This document shows positions 15,821-30,262 of a stretch of 64,000 nt of DNA, piece after piece. Origin of the DNA: the human T2T-CHM13v2.0 reference genome, Homo sapiens. The notes under the pieces were generated by a model. That model was not told the origin of the DNA. It was given only the letters and a program-made list of their open reading frames with translations, and made no database searches. Location of the stretch: the NCBI RefSeq assembly GCF_009914755.1, contig NC_060937.1; one strand, written 5' to 3'. The translations under genes and the position numbers were made by a program. Positions within the stretch are counted from its first letter, which is position 1. Each line of letters begins with the position of its first letter.

Positions 15821-16215
15821 ATCTAACAGGACACATTGAGAACACAGCATTATTGTGATGTTCCTGCCAATGATGCGTAAGCTGGATCTAAAAACAGAAA
15901 ACATCAGATGAACCCAGACTGAGGGATGTTCTACAAAATCACTGGCCTATAAGTCTTCAAAAATGTCAAGGTCATGAAAGTCAAGGAAAGATGAGGAACT
16001 GTTCAGATTGAAAGACACCAAAGAGACATGTAAAGTAAATGTAATACATGATCTGCAATTGCTTCCTTTTTCTATAAAGGATGTTATTGAGACATCTGAA
16101 ATTTGAATAAGGTCTGTGGGTTACACATTAATGCTATATCAATGTTAACTTCCTGATTTTGAGGTCTGTGTTGTTGGTTACGTTAGGAGAATGCTCTTGT
16201 GAGGAAAAACTGAAA

Positions 16216-16586
<371 letters not shown>

Positions 16587-16605
16587 TAATATATATCCAC
16601 ACATA

Positions 16606-16606
16606 C

Positions 16607-16643
<37 letters not shown>
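16606..16643. repeat. (GA)n microsatellite
   Basis: agagagacagagag... run. Confidence 0.9.
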
Positions 16644-16646
<3 letters not shown>

Positions 16647-18029
16647 TAAAAGGTTTTAACAATGTAATTATATTTTATGAAAAAATGGTTACATTATATC
16701 TGGGGACAGAAATTATAGAGTTTGGATTTAAGACTCTGGTGATGGAATGAGTTTTTTTTCCTATTATTTTTATCAGCAAGTGCCCTTGGTGAACATATGC
16801 TCCTTTTAAACTCGCCAAAGATTAGAAGATATTAGTGATATCTTCCTCAGAGGTTGAAGAATCAAGACCTGTCCTGTAAAGGAAATGCTATTGCAATTTT
16901 AGAGAAGCCATATTATATAAATAAGTATTGAAAATACATTTGTATAGTCTATCTATCTATCTAAATATTTCTTGAGCTGGGCTTAGGTGAGAAGGAGCTA
17001 TATTCAGAATCTTAAAGTATGTTCCTGTTTTATCTTGAAAGCAGTCAGAGGCCTTCCCTACCATCAAACCAGAGGCACAAAAGAGATGTACATCTGATTT
17101 TTAAACTTCGAAATAATTATGGGCTACAAAAGAAGAAACATTGTTATTTTAAGACTAAGGGAGTCATAATTACAATAATGGCGACTATTTACTGCTGTGA
17201 AATAGTCCTTACAGATTGTTGAGAGTAACCCGAAGCAGACTGGAACACATGAACTTGTTTCCGATATTGTGTCAGATTTTTCTCTTTCTGAGTAATGACT
17301 TATATGTAAATATGAAGGCAGAGCAGTTGAGGGAATGATGACTTACAATCAAATGCAGCACTTTCCTCTTTGGCTTGTGCAAAACCTATTTAAGTTTCAG
17401 ATTTTCCTACGAGGGTTCTACAGATGTTCTTTATGGAAAGGATTATTCAGCCCTCACCAGCAACGTGAAATGTAGGCCCTTCAACAGCTTTGTATTCCCC
17501 TCTTAAAACAAACATCCCGAAGAAAAAAATAATAAAAATTATCCAATATGAGTGAGCTCTTTTTCTTGGGGGGTAAGGGGATTCCCACTGTTATGCTACC
17601 AGAACACTGTCAAGGAAGACTTGACGAATTTCATTCAGAACCCCAGCAACTGGAAAGTCTCATATGAATTAGACTGGACTAGAGAGTATTTATTTCTGCT
17701 CTCTGTATAATTAGAAAACCAAGTATATATTTCTGAGCTATTCATCCAAGGAATTAAATGGAAGATAAAATTAATGGATACTATATCACCATTGGCCTAA
17801 TTACCATATATTAGGTAAGGATCATGCTTCATGATTGTCTTGTTGAGTGCAAAACAATAAATCTGACAATTCAAGTAAATCTGAAGTCCCGGACTCCAAG
17901 AAGTCCTAACTTAGAGGAAAGATCATTAGCTATCACTTGGAAGGAGCTGGCTCTTGCTGTCAAAACCACTAAAAAATAAAAATAAAAATAAAAATCACAT
18001 GGTCATGCGTGTTGTTCATCCAGCATTTC

Positions 18030-18500
18030 TTCTGGGGTGCTCCCCTCCCATCCTTATTTCCTAACTTCATGTTTCAGGTGTGACTGATTCAGTCCCTTCT
18101 CATTCCAAACTCTAGGGGTGGAGACATGGCCCAGGTCTGACCAATCAAAGTATGCCATCCCTTTGGCCACAGTGATGGGTTCAGGGCATGTGACCTCACC
18201 AGCCTATTTAAGCACTCCTGAGGACTTCTGCTGAAATTACACGGAGAGACATGCCCCTTTGGCTGAGGTTGCCAGCTGGAAGAACCATATGTATTACCCA
18301 GTGCTACCAGGACCATCTTTGCCACCTGATGGAGAACGACTGTGTGAGAATGAAGCCACCCCCGAGAAAAGCAGAGCCAAGAGGAGAGAGGCTGGGTCCT
18401 GTGCCATGTGTTGAGCGCCAGGCCCTGAGACTTCTAGGTTTCTGAGCCAATAAATTTCCTTTTGTAGTTTAAGTTACTGTGAGCTGAATTTTTGTCATAT
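18030..18500 (+). mobile_element. Ancient ERVL/MaLR solo LTR (MLT1J/K- or LTR16-like)
   Basis: gaccaatca...ggccacagtgatgggttcagggcatgtgacc; agcagagccaagag; gagccaataaatttcctttt poly(A) region. Confidence 0.7.
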
Positions 18501-18607
18501 TCTATGTTCCTAATAAACATCATTTTACATACTTTTTGATTCCATAATAAATCTGGAATCACATAAATAATAAGTCCTCTCTTTAAAGGTACAGAGAAAA
18601 GTTATTC

Positions 18608-18956
<349 letters not shown>

Positions 18957-19300
18957 TTATTTTCTGAGGTCATAAATGACATGCAACCTGGCAATGTCAT
19001 GAGTCAGGATTAGAATGAGCATAAAGGTCTTGTCCTAAGACGTCTACTGGAGTAAAGAAAACCAGGAACACAGACACTGGTAACTTGCTAACGCATCTTT
19101 TAAAGGTTAAAATAGATTTGGGGTCTATTGGGTTAAACAAAGTTAAAGAGGTTTCTTTACAGAGAGACTTCTCAAAGCCAGATATTTACCAATTGTAATT
19201 TCATCTCTAAGAGGCTACTAAGCTATACAGTGTTTCCTAACAGCTAGAACATGGTATTTTCATGAAAAAAGGGTTCAGAGAACAAACTTTCAGAAACGTT

Positions 19301-19425
19301 TAGCTGGGCACAGTCACTTGCACCTGTAGTTCCATCTACTTGGAAGGCTGACGTGAGAGGATAGATGGCGCTCAGGAGTTTGAGGCCAGCCTAGGCAAAA
19401 TGGTGAGATTCCAGTCTGAAAAAAA
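19301..19425 (+). mobile_element. FLAM-type Alu monomer
   Basis: Single diverged monomer with short A tail; degenerate TSD gaaac(g/a)ttt. Confidence 0.75.
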
Positions 19426-21238
19426 GGAAACATTTGACTATGCATGTTTCTAAAAACATAGTTTATTTGTCCTGAGCATTTTCCTTGATTGCTCCATTTT
19501 CCTTGGCAGCTTGCCATTTTTATGGTTTCATCTAAAACCTTCATGCTCAGGATCATTATATAAATATCTCTCTCACTAGCTTGAAGCTCTTGTCCCGTTT
19601 CAATTTCTGACTGAACACAGTCACGATTACCTCACACAGCATATTTACAATGCCTGAACCCTATCTTCTCTCCAACTTTCCTGGTTCCTTCAGTGATCTG
19701 CCTTTTTGCCAGACATCCAAACTAGAAACATCCGTAATGTCTGCCTCCACGTCCCATAGTCAGCCAGTCTCCAACAACTCACACCTGGTCATTACCTCAG
19801 CCTCACAGTTGCCCAGCTTCACTCGGACTTCCTTCCCAGACCACATCACTCCCATGTCCACCCTTCTAAACACAGCCAATGCTTTTAGCAGTTTTTGAGT
19901 GGAAGCAGAGAGCATTGGTGGTTCAGTTCTTGGGCTATAGGTCGTGGAGGAAATACATGGGCTATGCTCTGCCTGGAAAGTGAGCAGTAATATTACATGG
20001 GAGAAGGCCTATTCTTATACCTGTATCTTCCTACCAGCAAATCCTGCAGAGCTTTAAATGAAACTCATTCCAGAAAATCATTTTAACCCTGTTAGGCCTG
20101 TGTCTCCTTAAGTATTTGTATGAAAGTTCAATTAAAGTTTAATTATGTCAATGGATGAACAAGAAGGAAAACTTTTATATTATTTTTAAAATCCATATTC
20201 CTTAAACTGAGGGTAAAGATCACTGGACAGGAGCAAGGTTTGAAACAATTTCTGAGAAAGCTGATCAGTAACAACATCACCCATCATGACCTTGTATCAG
20301 TGGAGCTCAGAAATGCAGTTCTTTTCCTACCTCTCCAGTCAGAAGTATGTAAGAACGTGGCTATGGGTAAGTTATGATACATTTAAAAGCAGATTGCTTC
20401 AGTACAAAGAAAGTTATTTAACCTCCCTGTGCATTGGTGTCTTAACAGCTCTGTGCTTCGGTTTCCTCATCTGTAAATTGCAGTAATAACAGTACCTTTC
20501 ATATAGTGTTTTTATAATAATTAAATGAATTAAAAGCCTGCCATTTGTCTCTGTACACTGAGAACAGCATTGGTATATGATTAGCACATGTAAGTATTGG
20601 CTATTACTACTATTACTACCATTTTAGGGATTATTCTTCCTTCTTTTAAAACTGCTATTAGAATAGTATTAGTGAAAACAGTGTTCACAACTGGAGTAAC
20701 TCCCAGGGTGTTAGTCTTTCTTGTTTATCTACTCCCAGGACCTGTGCTCCTAGGTCTATTCAAATAGAGTATCTTACTGATGTCTCTATCCAGCTGTTAC
20801 ATAATTCTGATCTCAACATAAATACAGAAATACTTAAGTAGACAACAACAACAAAGCTTTTTATTAGAATTCAAAAATATGTTCAAATTGGTGACTTCTG
20901 GAAACACTTTCATAAGAGAATACATCAGAAACTGTTACGTGTCCTATAGAGATAAGGGACAACCTACTGAACCAAGGCAGTTCAGAAAACTGATGACTAG
21001 TTTTGGTTAAGCAAGCATATGAAATGACCACAGATTTAACATATGCTATTTGTCAAAAAGGAATAATGAGGTTTCTCTACTTTTCTCCATGCCACCTTGA
21101 TGTCTGTTTTCATGTTCTTTTGCTTTATCATAAATACTTTAAAAAATGATATTGATATAGGAAAAAGTTTGGGCTCTAGCCTTCCCATAATCATCACACT
21201 GCTACATTTCCACTGGTGAATGGAACTGATGATCACTC

Positions 21239-21540
21239 TTTTTTTTTTCTTTTTTTCTGAGACAGAGTCTCACTCTATCACCCAGGCTGGAGTACAGTGG
21301 CATGATCTTGGTTCACTGCAATCTCTGCCTCCCAGGTTCAAGTGAACTTTGTGCCTCAGCCTCCTGAGTAGCTGGAATTACAGGTGCATGCCACCATGCC
21401 TGGCTAGTTTTTGTATTTTTAGTAGAGATGGGGTTTCTCCATGTTGCCCAGGATGGTCTTGAACTGTTGACCTCAAGTGATCCACCTGCCTCACCCTCCC
21501 AAAGTGTTGGGATTACAGGCATGAGCCACCGTGCCTGGCC
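21239..21540 (-). mobile_element. Alu (J/S) element
   Basis: Full antisense dimer; TSD gatgatcac. Confidence 0.93.
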
Positions 21541-21963
21541 AGATGATCACCCTTCTTAAATCCCAGAGGCATTGGCTTTCCTCTAAACACTCCACAGTGA
21601 TTTCACTACATTCTTGAGGAGAAGCAGTATCCCTGTGTGGGTCCTGTCTTTCAATGCCTCATTTCTTAAAGAGAGATTGAGGACTCCCAAGAGTCCCATT
21701 CATCCTGGGGAAGGAAAGACTGATGAGCTTATTACTACACAGCCTTAACGTTGTTTAGGGGTGGTGATGGGATACCTAATCAACTCACTTCTGTGCACTG
21801 AATCACGCTGCTGCAACTGTGCTTGTTTTTACCCCTTTCCTGACAGCAGACTCACTCTTCTGGAAACCAACTTCAGATCCTGCTGCCTTGCTCACTTGAA
21901 CAACATAGAAATTTTGCAACACTTTAACTTATTTTATCTATTCATCAAAGGAAAGAGTATTAG

Positions 21964-22288
<325 letters not shown>

Positions 22289-22974
22289 AAGAATTCAGTT
22301 TTCTGTTATCAATTAAAGAGCATCTAAAAGGATCTTTCTTACTGCTTGCCACGAAGCTGAAAATTATTTGGCTGCTCAGAAACACTGACTTCTATGGGAA
22401 CCAACATAATTTGATGGAGTTATATAGAGACAAATGCCAAGCTTTTAACTCCACTGGCATTTTCAGATTTTGGCAGGGGGAGGCATTCTGGAAACTCTGG
22501 ATATCTGACTAGGTAGTGAAAGTTGGTAATGCTGCCTGGGCTGTAGGGCATGGTGGATAAAGAGCACACATTGTAGAACTACTAACTCTGCCACTTACCA
22601 GATGTGTGATCTTGGGCAAGTTATGTAACCTCTCTGGGCCTTAGTTTCTCCATCTGCAAATAACATACCTGGAACATTTTCTTACTCCAAAAATGATACC
22701 ATAGATTGAGACTTTTTTTTTCTTTAACACTCTGACCAAATTAGCTTTCTTGACCTTAGAAGTTTTAAAGTATTCATTTAAAATTATTTTTAAGAATTAG
22801 CTTCACAGTCTCTATGTAATTACAACAATGAATGATGACATGGGATTGGATACTATTATTATTGTATACATGGCATTGTATACTATTATTACTATTGTAT
22901 CCTATTATTATTCCTGGGCTTGTAACTATTGTGTAATTTTATTTGCATATTGAAAAATCAACAAGGTTTTAAAC

Positions 22975-24050
22975 ATGTGCTTGTTTTGCATATGGATGTC
23001 CAATTGTCAAAGCACCATTTGTTGACTATCCTTTCTCCATTAAACTGTTGTGGCATCTTTGTTGAAAACTGTTGGCAATATGTCTGTGGGTCTAATTTTG
23101 GACAGTCTATTCTGTTTCATTGATTTAATTTTTTTGCGAACATTGCACTGTCTTGATTATTGTAGTTTTATAGTAAATCTTAAAATTAGGTAGCATGATT
23201 TCTCCAACTTTATTCTTCTTTTAAAAATTATTTTGGTTCATTTAGTTCATTTATCTTCCCATATAAATTTTAGAGTTGGCTTGTTTATAGCTATAAACAA
23301 AATCCTGCAGAGATTGAATTGGAATTGTGTTAAATCTGTAGGCCAATTTGGAGAGAACTGACATCATTATTAGGTTGAGTTTTCTAATCCATGAACTCAG
23401 TATATCTCTCCATTTATTTAGGTCTTTGATTTCTTTCATTAATGTTTTACAGTATTCAGCATACACATCCTGCACAAGTCTTATTGATTTATACCTAAAT
23501 AAAAAATTTCATTTTTAGAGAAAGTTGTTTGTAAATGGTAGATGTATTTTTAAATTTTAATTGTTAGTTATCAATTGTTAGTATATAGAAATATAATTGA
23601 TTTTTGGCTTCGATAAACTCATTTATTAGTTCTAAGAGTAGTTTCTTTTGCTTGTTTGTTTTGTCTTTTTTTTTTTTAATAGATTCTGTGGGATTTTCTA
23701 GGTAGGCAATTATGTTGTTTGCAAATAGGGACAGTTTTATTTCTTCCTTCCTAATCTGGATATCTTTTATTTATTTTTCTTTTCTTATTGCTCCTTTTCT
23801 TTTTTAAATTTTTTTATTTTATTATGATTATACTTTAAGTTTTAGGGTACATGTGCACAACGTGCAGGTTTGTTACATAGGTATACATGTGATGTTGAAT
23901 AGGAATGGTGAGCATGGTCATTGCCTTATTCCCAGCATTACAGGGAAAGCGTTCAGTCTCTTATCATTAAAATATGGTGCCAGCTGTGGTGATTTTACAG
24001 ATGCCCTTTATCGGGTTGAGAAAATTTCCTTCTATTCCTAGTTTCCTGAG
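22975..24050 (-). mobile_element. Old L1M ORF2 fragment
   Basis: Degenerate ORF2 peptide (ORF 23251..23475: KTLMKEIKDLNKWRDILSSWIRKLN). Confidence 0.85.
23792..23891 (-). mobile_element. Extreme 3' tip of a primate L1PA nested in the old L1
   Basis: ttatactttaagttttagggtacatgtgcacaacgtgcaggtttgttacata is the antisense L1PA terminus. Confidence 0.9.
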
Positions 24051-24872
24051 AGTACCACTTCAATTTCCAAGCTGCCTTGAATCAAAACCAGAAGACTCTG
24101 GAGGAAAAATGAGAAACTCATAGCTGATTACCATTTAGGTAGTTCAAATTCTGGTCTTCTTCCTCAATCCATATGCTATCATTTATTTTTCAGGGACTTT
24201 GAATAGTAGCTCATGCATTCTGTCCAGGTTTTATAGCTGCATTCAGTGGGAGAGACAAGGTGAGTGCTTGTTCCACTGTATTCAGAACTGGAATCCTTGA
24301 GTCATTTTAAAGTCAAAGAAAGAAAATTAACCAGCTTATTCAGTTACATAAAAAAAAAGTACTGTTTTAAGTTTCAAGGATCCAAAGATGAGTTAAATTT
24401 AATCTCTACTTCTGAGGAATTGTTTCATGCCCACCCTCATTCCTCTTTTCCATCTGGTAAATTCCTACTTGTTATTATTTTGACTTGTTATTATTTTGAA
24501 GTAATTTTTAATTCTTATCAAAGTAATAAGCATACACGGTTTAATAAGTCAAATAGTACTACAAGATGTATAACAATTTAAAATAGCACCCTTGTGACAC
24601 AGTCTCCCCCTCAAGCAATTAAGAGGTTAAAGGTAACTACTTCAACTCTGCTTACTACATCTTTTACTATTTACCTCCATATTTCTAAGTAATATTCTTA
24701 TGTCTCCTTATTTTTCAATTTCAGACATTGTCTATTGACTTCCTATTATGAAAGGTAAGGATTATTTTTCCTCTCCCACCTCAAACACACATCACTCATT
24801 TTTTTCTCCCCTCATTCCCCCTAATAAAGTGCTATCATAAACAAATCAATATTGTTTACCTTATCATTACTA

Positions 24873-25151
24873 TACAGTCCCCGACTTACGATGATTCAAT
24901 TTAACAATTTTTCTACATCGTGGTTCAATTTAACAATTTTTCTACTTTACGATGTAGAAAAATTGTTAAATTGAACCGTCGTTAAGTCGGGGACTGTCTG
25001 TATAGTAATGATAATAAAGTGCTGAATAGCTCATGTAACTTACTGAATATATTATGTCACAGTCTAGACATAATGTATTCAGTAAGTTACATGAGGTATT
25101 CAGCACTTTATTATCAAATAGGCTTTTATGTTAGATAATTTTGCCCAACTG
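24873..25151. mobile_element. Rearranged Tigger4 (Zombi)-type DNA transposon remnant
   Basis: TIR tacag..tccccgacttacgatg and internal cactttattatcaaataggcttttatgttagataattttgcccaactg match Tigger4b as remembered. Confidence 0.8.
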
Positions 25152-25513
25152 GGAATTACCTTTGCCACTCTTTCCACCTATGTCTTCCTCTTTCTTGGTT
25201 TACTCCCTTTTTTTAGCGACAGCACATCATGCAGTAGCTTCTTGAGAAATAATGTAATGTTTTTGAGATTTGCACATTTAATAATGGTTTTAGTCTACTT
25301 GATTAATAGCTTGGCTGGATATAAATTCTAGCCGGAAATCCTTTTCCCTCTTTGATTTTCTCTTTAGTTTCCAATGCTGCTTTGGAGAAACCCAGTGCCA
25401 TTAGGATTTCTACCACTTTTATATGACCTGTTCCCTACTTCTCTCAAAATTAGAAGTTATCGGCTTTATTTCTTTATCCATGGGGTTCTAAAATTTCAAG
25501 TGGACATGCTTTG

Positions 25514-25514
<1 letters not shown>

Positions 25515-25558
<44 letters not shown>
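25515..25558. repeat. (TG)22 microsatellite
   Basis: Perfect dinucleotide run. Confidence 0.97.
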
Positions 25559-25560
<2 letters not shown>

Positions 25561-28500
25561 CCATTTGTTATACTGTATATCTGGTTCTTTAGTTCAGTGA
25601 AATTCTTAAATATAGATGCTACTACCTTCCTTGAGTCTAAGTAAAAAAAGCAGACTTTCACTTTATCTTCTTGTTGTATGGTTTCCCTCCTGTCCTAATT
25701 GGTGCCTTTTGTAAGGGCAGAGGAGAGCCAGCTGCCTAGAAGCATAGGATAGAGGAGAAAATCTGGATGTCTCAACGGCCTGGACAGACTTTCGACTAAT
25801 CTTCCAAATTTCAGTGCCACCCCACATTACAACCTTCAGAACTACACAGTATCTTCAAGTCCTGTTGCTAACAAAAGCTTAAAATAGGAGGAGGAAAAAG
25901 CTATGAAAAGCTTAGAAAGACAGGATTCCAATTTGCCCTGTGTTTTTGTTGCTGTTGTTGTTGTTTTCCTGTTTTCTACTGTTCTCAGGACTCAGAGTAA
26001 ATGATGTATACTTTGCTGCATGTTTTTTGGTCTTGTTCTAATTTGTCTTTTAAATAAGGCTAAACACTATAATCCTCTGCTGACAATTGTCCTATCATTG
26101 ATTTCCTGCTTTTCTTCAAGCTGACAGGTTTAGGCAAAGACCATTTTTACAATTCCTTTTTTGGATCTGACAAAATTTTTTCCAAACAGGATTATAAACA
26201 AAGCTTACATTTTAACACTAGTATAGATGATGAATTATGTAACTCATTGGATCATAAGTTAATATTAGGTATTTGAGTAATACTGTTTCATTTAAATTTG
26301 GCTTTGTCTCCATAAAGCATTGAAGAATTCCGTAGCCCAATATTAACTTAAATTCTAAGTTTCTATTTTTTATTGTTTACTGAGTACTTACTCTGTACCA
26401 GGCATTACTGTATTTCATTCTTACAACTTTGTTAAGGTTCAATTATTTTTATATTATGATTAGAAAGTGAGGCTTTGAAAGAATAAGTAATTTGCCAGAG
26501 ATCACCTACAAAGTTGAACCAGGATTTTAATCTAGGTTTGAACACTATAAATTTCATGCTCTTAAATAATAAGTTGTACTGCTTATGAATAAAATCATAA
26601 ATATAATAGCAAGAAGCTTTTATTTCTATAGCCATTGTGATTGTAAGGTATACATTTACATTTAAGTAAGTACTTAATGTAAGTAATTAAGTACATTAAG
26701 TAAGTACTTAATGTAAGTACTTAAATGTAAGTGTATACCTAACGAGCTCAGAACCGTAACAGTTCTAGAGTCATTGACTGTCAACCTATTAATTGCATTT
26801 CACATTCAGGTTTATAGCCAGTATATTGCAGAATTAATTTGTTTTCTTTATACTTTAATATTGTTAAAATTACCTCTTTACTTGCTGATCATATTGTTGA
26901 ACAATATGCACTAGTGATATGGTAACACAATTATCCTACGGCCTGTCTTGAGAGGAGATTGAAATAGTCCTGCTGATGATTTGAAAAGGAATTTTTTGAG
27001 GTTAGACCTTTTCTAAAGAGTGAAAGTAAGATAATATTTCTATTTTAAATATTAGTTTAACATTCTATAATTTTCATAATTTATAGGGGTATCATTCTTA
27101 TTGGATATGCATAAAAAGTTAATGAAACCTCACAGCCTCCCTAAAATCATAAACTTGTTTATTTGCTTGCCTTAGGGAGGTGACTGCTGATTTAATTTTA
27201 ATTGTATTTAGCAATTACTGATAATGTTGTGATCCAATGGAAGCTTTTCTTTTAGAGGAATGTAAAAATCAACTTGCAATTTCTCTCTGAAACACAATCT
27301 ATATAAGAAAGGAGGCCCATATGCATGAACCCAGGAGTGCTATCTTACTTCAGGGCAGATTTTTCTTCAATTCTTTACTCAAACCAAATTTCTGGTTCAA
27401 GAAGAGTATGGCCAATTGGTTACTGGGATAACTGCAGGCTTCCACATTTCCTGAGCTAACATGATACTATCTTATCTGTGTTCTCTGTACCTTTCTCCCT
27501 TTTCTCTCATTGCTTCTGTCCCTATCACCATCTTACTGCCTCATTTCTGAAAGCCTTGCTGTTAGGTAACTGCCATAATTCTCTTTGGGGAGTTAGATGA
27601 TAAAGCCATAAATAAGCAAGTGGCATGATAGAGCTAAACTATATCAGCCTATGAGAGATAACTGCTAAATACTTAGGAATTTTTCAAGCTGATTGTTAAC
27701 CTTTGGTAGCTTGAAATCATGGTGGGGGTGTTTGCAAAATGGAAACTGGCAAACTTAACAACCCCCCAGTCTCCATGAGAACTAGTTTACTAGCACGCCA
27801 CCGGGATCTTGCATTTTCACTCAGTACTCCTGAAAATCTTAAAGATTCAAAATGAATTTTCATGGCTGGGACTTCTCTAATAGGAATAAACAATAAAAAA
27901 ATAATTACAGGCAATGCCCAAGTGTTACCATATAGGGAAACAGCTGGATCATCTTGCTGAAACCCAGCTCTACTGACACGTGGCGAGGAGACATGGATGG
28001 TGAGAAATTATAAAAGTTCAGAAAAGCATTGCCTTTCTGGGCCAAGAAAGATTCCCAAAGACACATGTACATATAACAATCCTACAAAATATGGATTGTT
28101 CTGTAACAATGATCCACTGAATCAGACTATTTTTTCAGAGTTATTGATCAAAGTAAAGAATGATGTATAAGAGTAAACTATGCTCCTTAAAAAGAACAAA
28201 GAATTTCATAATCCCATAGAGGATCTGAAGATTACCTAGCATGTAAATTTACTAATAGTCAGCCAGTTAAATAACCCAGTGGTTTCTAAAACTGAAAATA
28301 GAACTTAATATCCAACTGAGATCTTCAAAAATCAAAACTGCTAGACTAGAGATTATAGAAAAGGCCAAGCTTACTTACCTAAGTACATCAAACTGCATTT
28401 ATTCATAGTCCTAGAAAATTCTCTTTAAAAGGGGGAATAGACTAATAGTGCTAAACATAAATTAGTTATCTTTTCCATGTATTTCTTTCTATGCCTCACT

Positions 28501-30100
28501 CCTTTTTATTTTCAAATGCTGGTTGTGTGCTTATTGTGTACCAGACACTGTCTTCACTATAATGATGAAAAAGTTCCAGTCTCACACTGTATTTCAGAAG
28601 ATTGCAACCATTGTTAAAGAATATACTACTTCCTTAAGTACTATTCAAAGGCTGCAGAGAGATCCTACCAGCAATATACAGAAGATTTACTTTGTGATTT
28701 CTTTTAATTAGAAAATAACATTTGAAAGCTATAACCTTTTAAGCCTTTTTGCTCCCACAAAAATAATCACCAAGAGAAGATGATCTGATTTCTGAGGAAA
28801 TCTGTGGTATAGCTTTAACAGCTTTCTTGGAAGGAAGACAAATGTAACTAAGTATGAATAATATACTTTAAATATAGCCAGAAGAATTTTGACTTATAAT
28901 TAACCCATGTTTCTGAAAATATGAAATCTACAAGTAATAAATATGCATTCTTAATAATGGTCTCTTAAAACTACATTTATATTAATCCTTTCAGTTTGTT
29001 GTTATGGTTATTTATTATAGGAAAAACACATGTTTCTATCAAAGCATGTAAAATTAATGAACACATTTTATATGTAGAGCTCAAAAAATACTCTCTTGTA
29101 AGCTGTACTCATTAAATAAAAATACCAACAAATTCATTAAACAAAAACAAAAACTCAAATCAACAATGGCAAAGCTAATAACTCCAGAAGGCTGAAATGT
29201 AGCAAAGACAAACAGAGTAGTGATAAAACATTTAATTATTAATATACTGTTTATCTCAATATGGACAGTTCCTTTGCTATGATGCAGAGGAATCAGGAGG
29301 CATGGGGATCTTTTGTGGTGGATGGCATGGCAGGTTATTTGCCCAGCCCTCACTGCTGACCTAAAGGCGCCTATCTTGCTCAACAGGAACCATACAAGAC
29401 AAGAGTGTATAAGCCTTTCATTGCCAGCAGGCCTGTTAATTTCCATGATGTAAAAAGTAAGTCCATCTGGCCACTAGATGGAGATCAGGTTACTCTGTCA
29501 GTGATGGGGAAGCTGCTTGCAGCCAGCAAGTGTTAAGTAAGCAGGGTATGGAGAACCTATTCTCTTTTTTCAATACTTCTATGAAAGGCATTTTCCAAGC
29601 TCTGAAGTTAGGAGCAGATCTGTGCTGAATAAAGAGTATATAAATGAAGAATAGCTTGAAAGATCAAACAGAAAGGGAACTGTAAAAGACAAACATTTGC
29701 TTGTTATTACTGTTGCCCCTGGAATGACTTCTATTTAGGTTTGGTTGTATAAACCACTTGTAATTAATAAGATGAGCTGGTCTAAATAAGAACAATTAAA
29801 TAAGCTGTCTCATTATTTACCAAGCAGGGAAGAAGAGAGATATGACAAAAAATTAAAACAATGATAGATTATTAAGACAATTAGTCTTGTCTGTTTGAAC
29901 ATAAGAATACAGACTCATGTTTGAGTATGTATATAAGTATGCATTTTTAATATCAACCAAAATGGATCAAGGGAACTTAGGGATCAAAGGAGAATGTCAG
30001 ATAACATCTATTCTAATTTTCCAAATGAAACTATCATTCAATTCTGAATTATACAACTTTATTACTAAATATGTCTCATTTCTGTAATAGCTGAGCTTTA

Positions 30101-30262
30101 TTTTATTTTTTTTTAGAGACAGGGTCTTGTTTTGTTGCCCAGGCTGGGGGGCAGTGGCTCGATCTCAGCTCCTGCAACCTCCACCTCCCAGGTTCAAGCA
30201 ATTCTTGTGCCTCAGCCTCCCAAGTAGCTGGGATTACAGGCATGTGCCACCATGCCCAGCTT
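30101..30262 (-). mobile_element. 5'-truncated Alu (right monomer only)
   Basis: TSD atagctga(g/a)cttta at 30087-30100 and 30263-30276. Confidence 0.9.

Noticed and set aside
29081-29446. 121-aa minus-strand ORF in unique sequence
   Set aside because: No recognisable homology, no convincing splice sites and no fit to the VWA8 frame.
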